Shown here: piece by piece, positions 20,989 through 30,393 of the stretch | Position numbering within the stretch: the first letter of the stretch is position 1 | Layout of the letters: every line of letters starts with the position of its first letter | IMG/VR virus record: IMGVR_UViG_3300025809_001850 | Reading direction: 5' to 3' (one strand) | From: a virus | Lineage: Duplodnaviria > Caudoviricetes | DNA length: 64,000 bases | The notes under the pieces: model-generated | What the model was told of the DNA's origin: nothing | The model's database searches: none | Seen by the model: only the letters and a program-made list of their open reading frames with translations | Position numbers and translations under genes: made by a program

Positions 20989-21894
20989 ATGAAAAAATGT
21001 AATTTAACACACTTAGAGGAACTTGAAGCAGAAAGCATTCATGTGTTGCGAGAAACCGCTGCACAATTTTCAAGTTCAACATTGCTTTTTAGTGGTGGTA
21101 AAGATAGTTTGGTCTGTCTGCACCTTATCGCAAAAGCATTTTATCCTGCTAATGCTCCGTTTGTTGCACTTCATGTCGACACAGGACACAACTTTCCAGA
21201 GGTAATGGAATTTCGTGACAAAGTTCTTGAACAATACAAAATGAAATTATTTGAACGCAAAGTTGAAGATGCGATTGCAGAAGGTCTTATTAAAGATGAA
21301 ATCGGCATCGGTGCAACTCGTAACGAACTTCAAATACCTGTGCTTCTTGATGCAATTGAGCATCACAAGTTTGATGCTTGTTTAGGAGGAGCAAGACGAG
21401 ACGAAGAAAAAGCAAGAGCAAAAGAACGTTTCTTTTCACATCGTGATGACTTTGGTCAATGGGACCCAAAAAATCAACGACCAGAAATTTGGGATGCATT
21501 TAACGGAAAGAAAAATCAAGGTGAACACTTTCGTGTATTTCCAATCAGTAATTGGACTGAACTTGACGTATGGACTTATATAAAACAAGAAAACATTCCG
21601 TTGCCATCATTATATTTTTCACACAAAAGAAAATGCTATGAACGTGACGGAGTTTGGTATGGTCACGCTGATTACATTAAATTAAAAGACGATGAAAAAC
21701 TAGAAGAAAAAGTAGTTCGCTTTCGTTCAATTGGTGATGTAACAACAACTGGTGCTTGTTTAAGTACTGCAAACAATCTTGATGATATTATCGCAGAAGT
21801 TGCAAGTGCAACCACAACTGAACGTGGAACAAGAGGAGACGATAAAAAATCCGATACAAGTATGGAAGATCGTAAGCAACAAGGATATTTCTAA
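20989..21894 (+). CDS. cysD: Sulfate adenylyltransferase subunit 2
   Basis: LEAESIHVLRE, FSGGKDS, GGARRDEEKARAKERFFS, FRSIG, RKQQGYF. Confidence 0.97.
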   Translation: MKKCNLTHLEELEAESIHVLRETAAQFSSSTLLFSGGKDSLVCLHLIAKAFYPANAPFVALHVDTGHNFPEVMEFRDKVLEQYKMKLFERKVEDAIAEGLIKDEIGIGATRNELQIPVLLDAIEHHKFDACLGGARRDEEKARAKERFFSHRDDFGQWDPKNQRPEIWDAFNGKKNQGEHFRVFPISNWTELDVWTYIKQENIPLPSLYFSHKRKCYERDGVWYGHADYIKLKDDEKLEEKVVRFRSIGDVTTTGACLSTANNLDDIIAEVASATTTERGTRGDDKKSDTSMEDRKQQGYF

Positions 21895-21895
21895 G

Positions 21896-23233
21896 ATGGC
21901 AAAGAACAACAACAACGATAAAGAAAACAAGAAACCTGTGGAAAATCAAAAAAAAGAACCAAAACAGAATGTTGATAAGTTGCAAAACAACGAACTTCTT
22001 CGTCTTTCAACTGCGGGTAGTGTAGATGATGGCAAAAGTACCTTAATTGGTCGTTTACTTTACGATACAAAAAGTGTGATGAAAGATCAATACGAAGCAG
22101 TTCGTGCCACTTCCAAAAAGAAAGGTGAAGAAGAAGTAAATCTTGCTTATTTGACAGACGGACTTAAAAGTGAACGTGAACAAGGAATCACGATTGACGT
22201 AGCATATCGTTATTTTAATACTGCGAATCGTAAGTTTATTATTTCAGATACACCAGGACACGTTCAATACACTCGTAATATGATTACAGGTGCAAGTAAA
22301 AGCAACGTTGCAATTATTTTGGTTGACGCACGAAAAGGAATTTCTGAACAAACAAGAAGGCATTCGTTTATTGCAAGTCTTTTGAAAATACCTCATGTTA
22401 TTTATGCGGTAAATAAAATGGACTTGATTGATTATGATGAGCAAAAGTTCAATAAAATTCGTAATGAACTTAAACAATTTAGTGCAAAATTAAGATGTAA
22501 CGATATTCGTTTTATTCCTATATCAGCATTAAAAGGTGATAATGTTACAACCAAGAGTCAAAAAACATCTTGGTATAAAGGTGGTCATTTGCTTGGTATG
22601 CTTGAAAACATTGAAATTTTCTCTGACAATAATTTGGTAGACGCACGATTTGATATTCAAACTGTGATTCGTCCTCATAGTGATAAATGGCATGACTTTC
22701 GTGGATACGCAGGAAAAATCGTAAGTGGTAGTTTTGAAAAAGGACAAAAAGTTTCTGTGCTTCCAAGTGGATTTGAAACACGAATTAAAGATATGCGAGT
22801 ATATAAGGATTTAATAAATCATGCGTGTACACCTGCGAGCATCGTAATGCAACTTGAAGATGATATAGATGCAGGTCGTGGTGATATGATTGCCCGTGTA
22901 GATAATCTTCCAAAAACTTCTCAAAATTTTGATGCAATGATTTGTTGGATGTCGGATGGTGTTATGCAACCTCGTAAAAAATATTTGCTAAAACACGGAA
23001 GCAACGAAGTAACTGCTATGATTACAAAAAAGGTTTATACATTAGATGTAAATACTTTCAGTAAAGCAGAAGATCAAACATTGCAACTTGGATTAAATGA
23101 TATTGCAAGAATCAGCATAAAAACAAGCAAACCCATTAACTTTGATTCATTTGAAAGCAATCGTGCCAATGGAAGTTTTATTTTAATTGATACGCAAACA
23201 AATGAAACACTTGCCGCTGGAATGATAAAGTGA
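21896..23233 (+). CDS. cysN: Sulfate adenylyltransferase subunit 1 (GTPase)
   Basis: GSVDDGKSTLIGRLLYD, EREQGITIDVAYRYF, DTPGH, NKMD; ATG at 21896. Confidence 0.97.
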   Translation: MAKNNNNDKENKKPVENQKKEPKQNVDKLQNNELLRLSTAGSVDDGKSTLIGRLLYDTKSVMKDQYEAVRATSKKKGEEEVNLAYLTDGLKSEREQGITIDVAYRYFNTANRKFIISDTPGHVQYTRNMITGASKSNVAIILVDARKGISEQTRRHSFIASLLKIPHVIYAVNKMDLIDYDEQKFNKIRNELKQFSAKLRCNDIRFIPISALKGDNVTTKSQKTSWYKGGHLLGMLENIEIFSDNNLVDARFDIQTVIRPHSDKWHDFRGYAGKIVSGSFEKGQKVSVLPSGFETRIKDMRVYKDLINHACTPASIVMQLEDDIDAGRGDMIARVDNLPKTSQNFDAMICWMSDGVMQPRKKYLLKHGSNEVTAMITKKVYTLDVNTFSKAEDQTLQLGLNDIARISIKTSKPINFDSFESNRANGSFILIDTQTNETLAAGMIK

Positions 23234-24288
23234 AAACTGTAATTGTAACGGGTGGTCTTGGATACATCGGTAGTCATACCGTTGTGGAACTTTTAAATGC
23301 AAATTATGATGTGGTGGTTGCAGACAATTTGTCAAATTCTTCGGAAAAAGTAATTGACGGAATTCGTCAAATCACGGGCAAAAGTATAACCTTCGTTAAT
23401 CTTGATATTCGTGATTATTTTAAATTAGAGTCATTGTTAGGATTTTATCAGCAAAGCACAATTGGTGTAATTCATTTCGCTGCTTGTAAAAGTGTCGGAG
23501 AAAGTATGAAAGAACCAAGCAAGTATTATGATAATAATGTTACAGGTACAAACAACTTGCTTAAAGCAATGAAACGATACAAAGCAGATAATCTGGTGTT
23601 TAGTAGCAGTTGCACTGTTTATGGTCAAGCAGATGATTTACCAGTCACAGAACAAACTCCACAAAAACCTGCGGAAAGTGTTTATGGTCGTACCAAGCAA
23701 ATTTGTGAGCAAATGATAAAAGATTTTCACACAGAACACAATTACAATTCTGTGCTTCTTCGTTATTTCAATCCAATTGGCGCACATGAAAGTTCTTTGA
23801 TTGGAGAACTTCCAAACGGAACTCCCGACAACCTTTTACCGTACGTCGCCGAGACTGCAAGTGGAAAACGGAAATTGTTTACTGTGTTCGGAGAAGACTA
23901 TGACACCGAAGATGGAACTTGCGTTCGTGATTACCTTCATGTGGTTGATTTGGCAAAAGCACACGTTTTGGCATTGGAAGTTTCGGTGGAAAAAAATCTG
24001 AAAGCAGAACCTGTTAATTTAGGAACAGGTACTGGATATTCCGTGAAACAAGTTCTTGAAGCATTTGAAAAAGAAAACGACATTAAGATAAACACTCACT
24101 ACGGAAATCGTAGAAAAGGAGATGTTGAAGCAATTTATGCAGACCCAAGTTACGCAGAAAAGTTGCTTGGATGGAAATCAAAACTTGGATTAAAAGAAAT
24201 GGTAACTTCAGTTTGGAACTGGCAAAAAACAATATCAAGCAAATGTTGTGGTGGTGGTTGTGGTTGTCATGTAAACAAAGAAATTTAG
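23230..24288 (+). CDS. galE: UDP-glucose 4-epimerase
   Basis: GGLGYIGSH, FSSSCTVYG, YGRTK, LRYFNPIGAH, VRDYLHVVDLA. Confidence 0.95.
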   Translation: MKTVIVTGGLGYIGSHTVVELLNANYDVVVADNLSNSSEKVIDGIRQITGKSITFVNLDIRDYFKLESLLGFYQQSTIGVIHFAACKSVGESMKEPSKYYDNNVTGTNNLLKAMKRYKADNLVFSSSCTVYGQADDLPVTEQTPQKPAESVYGRTKQICEQMIKDFHTEHNYNSVLLRYFNPIGAHESSLIGELPNGTPDNLLPYVAETASGKRKLFTVFGEDYDTEDGTCVRDYLHVVDLAKAHVLALEVSVEKNLKAEPVNLGTGTGYSVKQVLEAFEKENDIKINTHYGNRRKGDVEAIYADPSYAEKLLGWKSKLGLKEMVTSVWNWQKTISSKCCGGGCGCHVNKEI

Positions 24289-24322
24289 ATTGGTTTCGCT
24301 ACCAACCTATTGGTCACATGGG

Positions 24323-24355
24323 ATGGACAGGAATTAAGTTTCCTGTCCATTCTTC
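24323..24355 (+). terminator. Terminator-like hairpin after galE
   Basis: ATGGACAGGAA-TTAAGT-TTCCTGTCCAT followed by a pyrimidine-rich tract. Confidence 0.65.
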
Positions 24356-24377
24356 TTTATAAAGTAAATCTTTTTTG

Positions 24378-24406
24378 TTGACTTTTTATAATAAGTTTAG
24401 TAGGAT
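24378..24406 (+). promoter_or_regulatory. Early promoter cassette copy
   Basis: TTGACT-TTTTATAATAAGTTTAG-TAGGAT. Confidence 0.8.
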
Positions 24407-24412
24407 ACTTGT

Positions 24413-24583
24413 ATGACAATGAGAGATAACAAAGTTAATTTTTTTGCTAAAGTCACTCCTGAGGAGTTTGAAGACGAGATCCTTGGATTAGAGGAGTTGA
24501 ATCGTTTGCTTGTGGAAGATGCAACTGACGAACCTACGGAAGTTGAAAAAGAACTTTTTAATGAACCCGCATCCATTGGTTGA
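24413..24583 (+). CDS. Small acidic protein (56 aa)
   Basis: First ORF after promoter 24378; read manually. Confidence 0.5.
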   Translation: MTMRDNKVNFFAKVTPEEFEDEILGLEELNRLLVEDATDEPTEVEKELFNEPASIG

Positions 24584-24828
24584 TTATGAAACATAAAATC
24601 GAGTTAACAACCGAAGAAATGCTTTGCATTGCTCAGTCAACTGAACGAAATCTACAAAATGCTATTGACAACAATATACCATGTAGGATATTATTTTATA
24701 CAAATATGCGAAATAAAATACAATTAGCACTTTCAGGACCTGTAGCTCAGTGGTTAGAGCAGGACACTCATAATGTCTTGGCCGCAGGTTCAAATCCTGC
24801 CAGGTCCACCATTGTACTTTCCAACTAA
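24580..24828 (+). CDS. Hypothetical ORF whose 3' half overlaps the tRNA
   Basis: Open frame from 24580/24586 runs through tRNA 24736-24811. Confidence 0.35.
   Translation: MIMKHKIELTTEEMLCIAQSTERNLQNAIDNNIPCRILFYTNMRNKIQLALSGPVAQWLEQDTHNVLAAGSNPARSTIVLSN
24736..24811 (+). tRNA. tRNA-Ile2 (CAU anticodon, lysidine type)
   Basis: 76-nt cloverleaf GGACCTG..CTCATAA..CAGGTCCACCA with encoded CCA; paired 1-72 and no GGG/CCC anticodon stem (not initiator); C4,C5 and D-arm resemble E. coli tRNA-Ile2. Confidence 0.9.
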
Positions 24829-24830
24829 TT

Positions 24831-25706
24831 ATGATAGATTTCAAAAATGTAACTAAAATTGTGACTCATCCAGGTCATGCACATAGAGACGACTTTCTGT
24901 CGGTCTGTTTTGTTCTTGCAATGTGTTCACAACATCAAAATATGCCATCAGTTTACAGACGTGATCCAACAGAGCATGAACTGAAAGACCCCAACATTGT
25001 AGTGATTGATATCGGAGAACGACACGAACCTGAGTTGAGTAACTTTGATCATCATCAATTTCCACGTGATCACAAACCATGTTGTGCATTATCTTTAATT
25101 TTACAGAATATGACCATCTACGAAGAAGCAAATCGTGGATTTCGTTGGTTAACTGTAACTGAAAAGTTTGATAGCAAGGGACCATACGAGGTGGCAAAAG
25201 ATATCGGAGTAGATTGGAATACCATTTCAGATGCTACATTTTCTCCTGTAGAGGAGGCTGTGTTACATCTATTTGCAAAAACATTTGATGGTGGTCAAAG
25301 TGGAATATATCTGGGTTTAATGACTACCATCGGAACTGAGTTACTAAACACCCTTGAGATGTTCACAGGTCGTTGGCAACAATTATCAGATTCAATTACG
25401 ACATCGTTGGTATACGGAAACGAAGTAGTATTTTCACTTGGTATTTTGGGTGACAATGATCCTTCATTTGCATTGAGTGCATATGTTGAAGAAAATCATC
25501 CGAATGCAGTTGCCACAATCACCCACGATGATCGAGGAGATGGTTATTGTCTGTTTAGACTCAATGATAGTTCAAAGATTGACTTTTCTAAAATTGAGAA
25601 TGACGAACACATATTATTTGCTCACAAAAATGGATTCGTGGCAAAGACTCATACTACAATTTCAAATGAAAAACTTATTGAACTTCTTGAAAAATCTTCA
25701 AAATAA
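24831..25706 (+). CDS. MYG1-like (DHH-related) hydrolase
   Basis: VTHPGHAHRDD, DIGERH..NFDHHQ, FAHKNGF. Confidence 0.75.
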   Translation: MIDFKNVTKIVTHPGHAHRDDFLSVCFVLAMCSQHQNMPSVYRRDPTEHELKDPNIVVIDIGERHEPELSNFDHHQFPRDHKPCCALSLILQNMTIYEEANRGFRWLTVTEKFDSKGPYEVAKDIGVDWNTISDATFSPVEEAVLHLFAKTFDGGQSGIYLGLMTTIGTELLNTLEMFTGRWQQLSDSITTSLVYGNEVVFSLGILGDNDPSFALSAYVEENHPNAVATITHDDRGDGYCLFRLNDSSKIDFSKIENDEHILFAHKNGFVAKTHTTISNEKLIELLEKSSK

Positions 25707-25729
25707 ATCGACTTTTTATAACTTTGGTG

Positions 25730-25758
25730 TTGACTTTTTACAGTAAGTTTGGTACTAT
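25730..25758 (+). promoter_or_regulatory. Early promoter cassette copy
   Basis: TTGACT-17-TACTAT. Confidence 0.75.
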
Positions 25759-25794
25759 ATATACATAATCAAGATTAAACCAATTAAGACAAAT

Positions 25795-26397
25795 ATGAAA
25801 AATAAAATACTACTAATCGCAATCGCAACTTCGTTTTTCGCAAGCAGTTTATCTGCCAATAATGGGTGGGGTTCAAAGCAAACTTCACGCACCGTTGGTG
25901 GTGCTTTAGGTGGAGCAACTATCGGTGGAATCATTGGACATCAACACGGCAAGCAAAAAGAAGGAATCATCATTGGTTCTGTACTTGGTATGCTCATCGG
26001 AAACAAAAGTGGCAAGGGTCACGATTCACGAATGGAGCAACAGAGGTGGGAACAACAACAACGAGAAATGGCACAACGTGAAGAGTTGCGTAGACATGAA
26101 CAAGAACGTCAACGTCAATATCGTGTACAACAAATGCGTACCAACACAAGTTCCAATTCGGTTAGATCTTCTTCAGATGAACTAACCCAAGCACGTCATC
26201 GTGCAGAACAACGTGAAGCAGAACTTCAACGTGAAATGGAAATTATACGAATTCAACAAGAACGTCGCAGAGCATTAGAAGAATATCGTCAACGTGAAAT
26301 TCAAGCACAACAACAACTTGAAAGAGTTCGCAACGGAGAATCAGTTCAAACTCAGTCTTCAAGCAGTTCTAGGTATTCTCACAATCTTAGTTATTAA
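25795..26397 (+). CDS. Exported glycine-zipper protein with Q/R/E coiled coil
   Basis: Signal peptide; GGALGGATIGGIIG..GIIIGSVLGMLIG. Confidence 0.7.
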   Translation: MKNKILLIAIATSFFASSLSANNGWGSKQTSRTVGGALGGATIGGIIGHQHGKQKEGIIIGSVLGMLIGNKSGKGHDSRMEQQRWEQQQREMAQREELRRHEQERQRQYRVQQMRTNTSSNSVRSSSDELTQARHRAEQREAELQREMEIIRIQQERRRALEEYRQREIQAQQQLERVRNGESVQTQSSSSSRYSHNLSY

Positions 26398-26418
26398 TAA
26401 AAAATTTATTTAAAACAA

Positions 26419-26709
26419 ATGCAAAAACAAATCAAAGATCTACCGATTGCTTTTCAATCATTATTTGCGGAATTGAAGGCAGAAAAAGATGCAGAAGAAG
26501 GATCGTCAACTGACTATGTAATTCAACCAACCAAGAAGGATGTTCAAGAAGAATACGAACAACTTGACACCGTTCTTGAAGAAGAAAACGAAGCAGATTA
26601 TGATGAGTATGATGAAAACACATATGATATGAATGCAGTATCCCCTTATATGCGAGATGCGTTTGGAGAACTTGATGAAGACGAAGACGAAGAATACGAC
26701 TACGAATAA
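26419..26709 (+). CDS. Highly acidic hypothetical protein
   Basis: D/E-rich 96 aa. Confidence 0.55.
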   Translation: MQKQIKDLPIAFQSLFAELKAEKDAEEGSSTDYVIQPTKKDVQEEYEQLDTVLEEENEADYDEYDENTYDMNAVSPYMRDAFGELDEDEDEEYDYE

Positions 26710-26737
26710 GTAAACTCAAATCAATTTAAACTAAATA

Positions 26738-27106
26738 ATGCAGAAAATACCATTAGCTTTGTTGATCAGTTTCGTTGCATTTGTTGGATATCTCGTAATA
26801 TCTAAAGTATCAGGTGGTGACTTTACCAATCAACTTGAAGTTTATGTTGGTGGTGACAAAATATTACATCTGGTGCTTGCATTCGTATTGTCGTTACTTT
26901 CAATGATGTCATTTTCACACAAATTTTCCAGCTGGAACATCTTGACAGTATTAATGATTATACTGACAATTGAAGAAACTGCTCAATATTTTTTACCAAA
27001 TCGTCATTTTGGATTTGATGATTTAATTGCAGGGTGGAGTGGATTGATATGTGGAGGACTTTTATACAACTTAATAAAAACACTAACAAAAATAAGATAT
27101 GAATGA
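26738..27106 (+). CDS. VanZ-like membrane protein
   Basis: DKILHLVLAF, EETAQYFLPNR.F..DLIAG. Confidence 0.75.
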   Translation: MQKIPLALLISFVAFVGYLVISKVSGGDFTNQLEVYVGGDKILHLVLAFVLSLLSMMSFSHKFSSWNILTVLMIILTIEETAQYFLPNRHFGFDDLIAGWSGLICGGLLYNLIKTLTKIRYE

Positions 27107-27118
27107 GAACAGCGCACC

Positions 27119-27379
27119 TTGGGGAACAATATTATTAATTTTAATCGCAATGATGCTTATTATGTGGAAATGTTGATTATGGACGATTATATCAATTTTG
27201 CAAACCTACCACATATTCTTACGATAACACATCGTCAAACTAATCAATTGATTTTAAAAAAGAAATTCAGCAACGAAGGTGATGCATTGCAGTATATGAA
27301 CGAAGCCAGAGAATTTCAAAATAACAAACAAAACTTTAGTTTCGTGATCTCTGGTCCTAATATGTATTATAGCACCTGA
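27119..27379 (+). CDS. Hypothetical protein
   Basis: Fills gap, TGATG coupling to rhomboid; start uncertain. Confidence 0.45.
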   Translation: MGNNIINFNRNDAYYVEMLIMDDYINFANLPHILTITHRQTNQLILKKKFSNEGDALQYMNEAREFQNNKQNFSFVISGPNMYYST

Positions 27380-28065
27380 TGTACACATCTGGAGTCAGAA
27401 TCATCATTTGGATATGTGCAATATTTTATTTATTGCAACATTTATATTATCCTTTGGTAAGTGAAATGTTCGGACTTGCTTATATTGGTCATCCCAATTT
27501 CAATTCATTGCAACTTTTAACTTACACATTCTTACACGGAGATGCGTTCCACATTTTTATTAATATGTTTATGTTGGCAATTTTCGGACCACGCATAGAA
27601 CAATCAGTTGGAATCCAAAATCTGTTTGTATTGTTTGTATTATCTTCAATTGGTGGTGCGGTTGCTCAAACAATGTTTACTATGTTTTCTGTGTACACTG
27701 CGTTCGGAACTTTGTTTCCGATTGCTCCACTTGATTTTTATGAACAAGTTCAATTTTCACTGATACACGGTCATGAAGCATCAGCAACATTCAACAGAAT
27801 AACCATAGGAGCATCTGCAGGGGTATTCGGGGTGATGCTTGCATTTACGTGTATGTTTCCAACACAGCGACTTGGATTACCTTTATTAAACATCACATTG
27901 TCTGCACGATTAATTATGATTATTTACGTCGTGGGAGAAATTTACATGGCAATATACGATCCCACTCCAAATATTGCTCATTACGCACACATTGGAGGAG
28001 CAATCGTTGGATTACTATTGGCATTATATTGGAGAAACTCACTCAAATCAAAAAATAATGCTTGA
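27379..28065 (+). CDS. Rhomboid intramembrane serine protease
   Basis: FLHGDAFHIFINM, GASAGVFG (Ser), AHIGG (His); multiple TM segments. Confidence 0.92.
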   Translation: MYTSGVRIIIWICAIFYLLQHLYYPLVSEMFGLAYIGHPNFNSLQLLTYTFLHGDAFHIFINMFMLAIFGPRIEQSVGIQNLFVLFVLSSIGGAVAQTMFTMFSVYTAFGTLFPIAPLDFYEQVQFSLIHGHEASATFNRITIGASAGVFGVMLAFTCMFPTQRLGLPLLNITLSARLIMIIYVVGEIYMAIYDPTPNIAHYAHIGGAIVGLLLALYWRNSLKSKNNA

Positions 28066-28108
28066 CTTTTTATAATAAATTTGGTAGTATACTTGTATTG
28101 AGAGTGAC
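28062..28108 (+). promoter_or_regulatory. Full-length early promoter/leader cassette
   Basis: TTGACTTTTTATAATAAATTTGGTAGTATACTTGTATTGAGAGTGAC. Confidence 0.88.
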
Positions 28109-28145
28109 TAAGAACCAAATTAAAAATTCAAACAAAAGAGAGAAA

Positions 28146-28589
28146 ATGAATATTGAACTAAGCAATCCTGTGATTTCCAAGTTGGCAAACGATTATGTTA
28201 TGTCGTTTCTTCATCATACTGGTGAAAATACCAAGCATATCAACAATCAACAAAGTGGGGACGTTAAATTTTATCACGCAGATGGTTTCGGAAATTTGTC
28301 GGAAAAATCAAATAATATGTATTCCGAATCAATGAAGGATATGTTGTTTGATTGGAGTCACGTTCGTGATTCATCTGATGAAGCATTTCTTGCAATGGCA
28401 CACGCAATAAGTGCTTGTGTTCCATGTGAAGCAAAATTTGCTGATTCGTTGCTTGATTTTAAGACATACGTTGCAAATCATTTTCAAGACCTTCGCAGAG
28501 AATTGGATTATTATACATTGCACGAACCTGATGCAACTTCAGAGATTGACAGAATTGATCAAGAACTATATCACGAAGCACAAGTTTAA
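28146..28589 (+). CDS. Hypothetical early protein
   Basis: ATG after AAGAGAGAAA; track start at 28062 is the promoter -35. Confidence 0.6.
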   Translation: MNIELSNPVISKLANDYVMSFLHHTGENTKHINNQQSGDVKFYHADGFGNLSEKSNNMYSESMKDMLFDWSHVRDSSDEAFLAMAHAISACVPCEAKFADSLLDFKTYVANHFQDLRRELDYYTLHEPDATSEIDRIDQELYHEAQV

Positions 28590-28590
28590 G

Positions 28591-28782
28591 ATGACAGAAA
28601 TAGCAAAACAAACAATTTTAATTCTAAGCAACGCAATGCTTGAAAACGACATTGGTCCCGTTTGGGATGTTCGTAATAACATTGATACTTTAAAAGTAAC
28701 CGATGAAGAACGGGAAGTTATTCGTCAGTTGATGGTAACTGCCGATGCAATGGTTGAATTTCAGCACAATGTGCTATATTAA
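28591..28782 (+). CDS. Hypothetical protein
   Basis: ATG immediately after upstream stop. Confidence 0.5.
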   Translation: MTEIAKQTILILSNAMLENDIGPVWDVRNNIDTLKVTDEEREVIRQLMVTADAMVEFQHNVLY

Positions 28783-28809
28783 TAATAAGTAAAAGGAGAG
28801 AATAATAAA

Positions 28810-29184
28810 ATGGGATTTTTTAGTTGGAATTGTAAGTGTTGTGGAAAGAGTATTGTGTCACCGTATTCACCCAAGCAAATTGATTGGATGAACAAAATTA
28901 CGATGGTTCTTGAAACAGGAGAAGTAGTTCAAGGTGAGTATGATGGATACGGAAACATTGGTAATCGTACTGATGAACACGCATTTGGGGATAATTGGGA
29001 CATAGATGAAAATGCTGAAAGTATTTGCTTAGACAATGAACATCAAGCAACTTTTTATCATACTGCTTGTTACGAAGAAAATAATCAACCAGGATTTCAA
29101 GGTCAAAATGATTCTGCAAGTGATCAAGGATTTTTCTTGGAAGAATCAAATTATGCTGATTGCGTACCCACCAATGCGTCATGA
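28810..29184 (+). CDS. Phage hypothetical protein (MGFFSWxCxxC type)
   Basis: MGFFSWNCKCC, GEYDGYG, HTAC; GGAGAG RBS. Confidence 0.65.
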   Translation: MGFFSWNCKCCGKSIVSPYSPKQIDWMNKITMVLETGEVVQGEYDGYGNIGNRTDEHAFGDNWDIDENAESICLDNEHQATFYHTACYEENNQPGFQGQNDSASDQGFFLEESNYADCVPTNAS

Positions 29185-29492
29185 CACGACAAGTCAAAGC
29201 AACATTGCAAGCATTTTCAGAGTACTTTAACGAATTTGAAGATGCCGAAGATTTTAATTATGGTTCAATTCAAATGTGCTACGAAATAGATGAAGAACGA
29301 GATGATGGAAGTGTAATTGGAAGAACGATGGTTTATTCAGGTCAGAATAAAGATGGTCATTCAATGGTTCGTGATGAAGGTATATTTGAAGTAAATGCCA
29401 ACGGAGAAATTATGAAATGCGATGGATTACTAAGTTCCACTTGCGATTATATTTCAGATAAAGGATTAAAACTTTACGAAGAAGAACATTGA
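29181..29492 (+). CDS. Hypothetical protein
   Basis: ATGA overlap with previous gene. Confidence 0.55.
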   Translation: MTRQVKATLQAFSEYFNEFEDAEDFNYGSIQMCYEIDEERDDGSVIGRTMVYSGQNKDGHSMVRDEGIFEVNANGEIMKCDGLLSSTCDYISDKGLKLYEEEH

Positions 29493-29527
29493 CAAACATT
29501 TTGTTATAGTTTAATTTAGTATCTGTT

Positions 29528-29872
29528 ATGACAAAAAAATGTAAATTTGAAGTAGAAGTTACGTACAATTCTGATTATTTTGCAGAAGGAGAAATAAAAG
29601 ATACAATTAAAAAAGCAATTAAAGATTTAAACGATGCCAAAGAACAAAAATTTGGCAAACGAACTATGTGTGATCCAGGTAAAACAAACAAAGGAATCAC
29701 CAGCAATGTAACTCAAACTGTATACACCGATAATAACGAATCAACTGATATAGTAGAAACATTAGTTAGTTTAAGTGCGTGTATGGACGAGACTGAATCT
29801 CCAAACATTGTTTTACCTGAACCTAAAATCGAAGAATTAATGTCCCAAGTACGAAAAACATTCAATCAATAA
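29528..29872 (+). CDS. Hypothetical protein
   Basis: 114-aa ORF after a TTGACA element. Confidence 0.55.
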   Translation: MTKKCKFEVEVTYNSDYFAEGEIKDTIKKAIKDLNDAKEQKFGKRTMCDPGKTNKGITSNVTQTVYTDNNESTDIVETLVSLSACMDETESPNIVLPEPKIEELMSQVRKTFNQ

Positions 29873-30027
29873 AATGGCAAAACGAAAACAAAAACCTTCT
29901 CAAAAACAACTTCAACAAATACAAGATGAATACATTGACTTTTGGAGTCGTTGCGTAACCGAGTCAATCTTTTGGTTGACTCCTTATATAATAATTTTTA
30001 TAGTTCTCGGATTTATATTTAATTGAC

Positions 30028-30393
30028 ATGAATGAAGTAGCAATATTACTACAGGTGTTTGTAGCACTTGTTATTTTTAACGTATGGACTTTCCGTTCAG
30101 ATAAACCAACAAAATATCGTGGTGGATCAGCAAGAACATTGAAAGAAGAATTCGTTGAGTTTGGTCTTAGTGAAAAAATTTATTTGTATACAAGTTTGGC
30201 GAAACCAATGCTCGCAGTTGCTTTGATAGTAGCAATATTTTTTCCATTTATGACTATACCCGTTGCATTGGCAATGGCATTTTTTATGGCAGCTGCATTG
30301 TTAATGCATTATCGCGTAAAAGATAAATTCATAAAGTTTATTCCTGCGGGTATTACTTTTGCTTGTTGCATTGCCATTGTCATTGTTTCTTGA
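30028..30393 (+). CDS. DoxX-like membrane protein
   Basis: NVW.FR..KPT.YRGG.A..LKEEF..FGL; 3-4 TM; MH.RVKD. Confidence 0.65.
   Translation: MNEVAILLQVFVALVIFNVWTFRSDKPTKYRGGSARTLKEEFVEFGLSEKIYLYTSLAKPMLAVALIVAIFFPFMTIPVALAMAFFMAAALLMHYRVKDKFIKFIPAGITFACCIAIVIVS

Noticed and set aside
24736-24811. Initiator tRNA-fMet
   Set aside because: G1-C72 is paired and the anticodon stem lacks three consecutive G-C pairs; identity elements fit Ile2.
28062-28145. ORF-track starts at 28062, 31764 and 40179 (MTFYNKFG.. / MLTYYNS..)
   Set aside because: These TTG/GTG codons fall in the promoter -35 box; the shared N-termini are translated promoter repeat. True starts are ATG 28146, 31839 and 40248.
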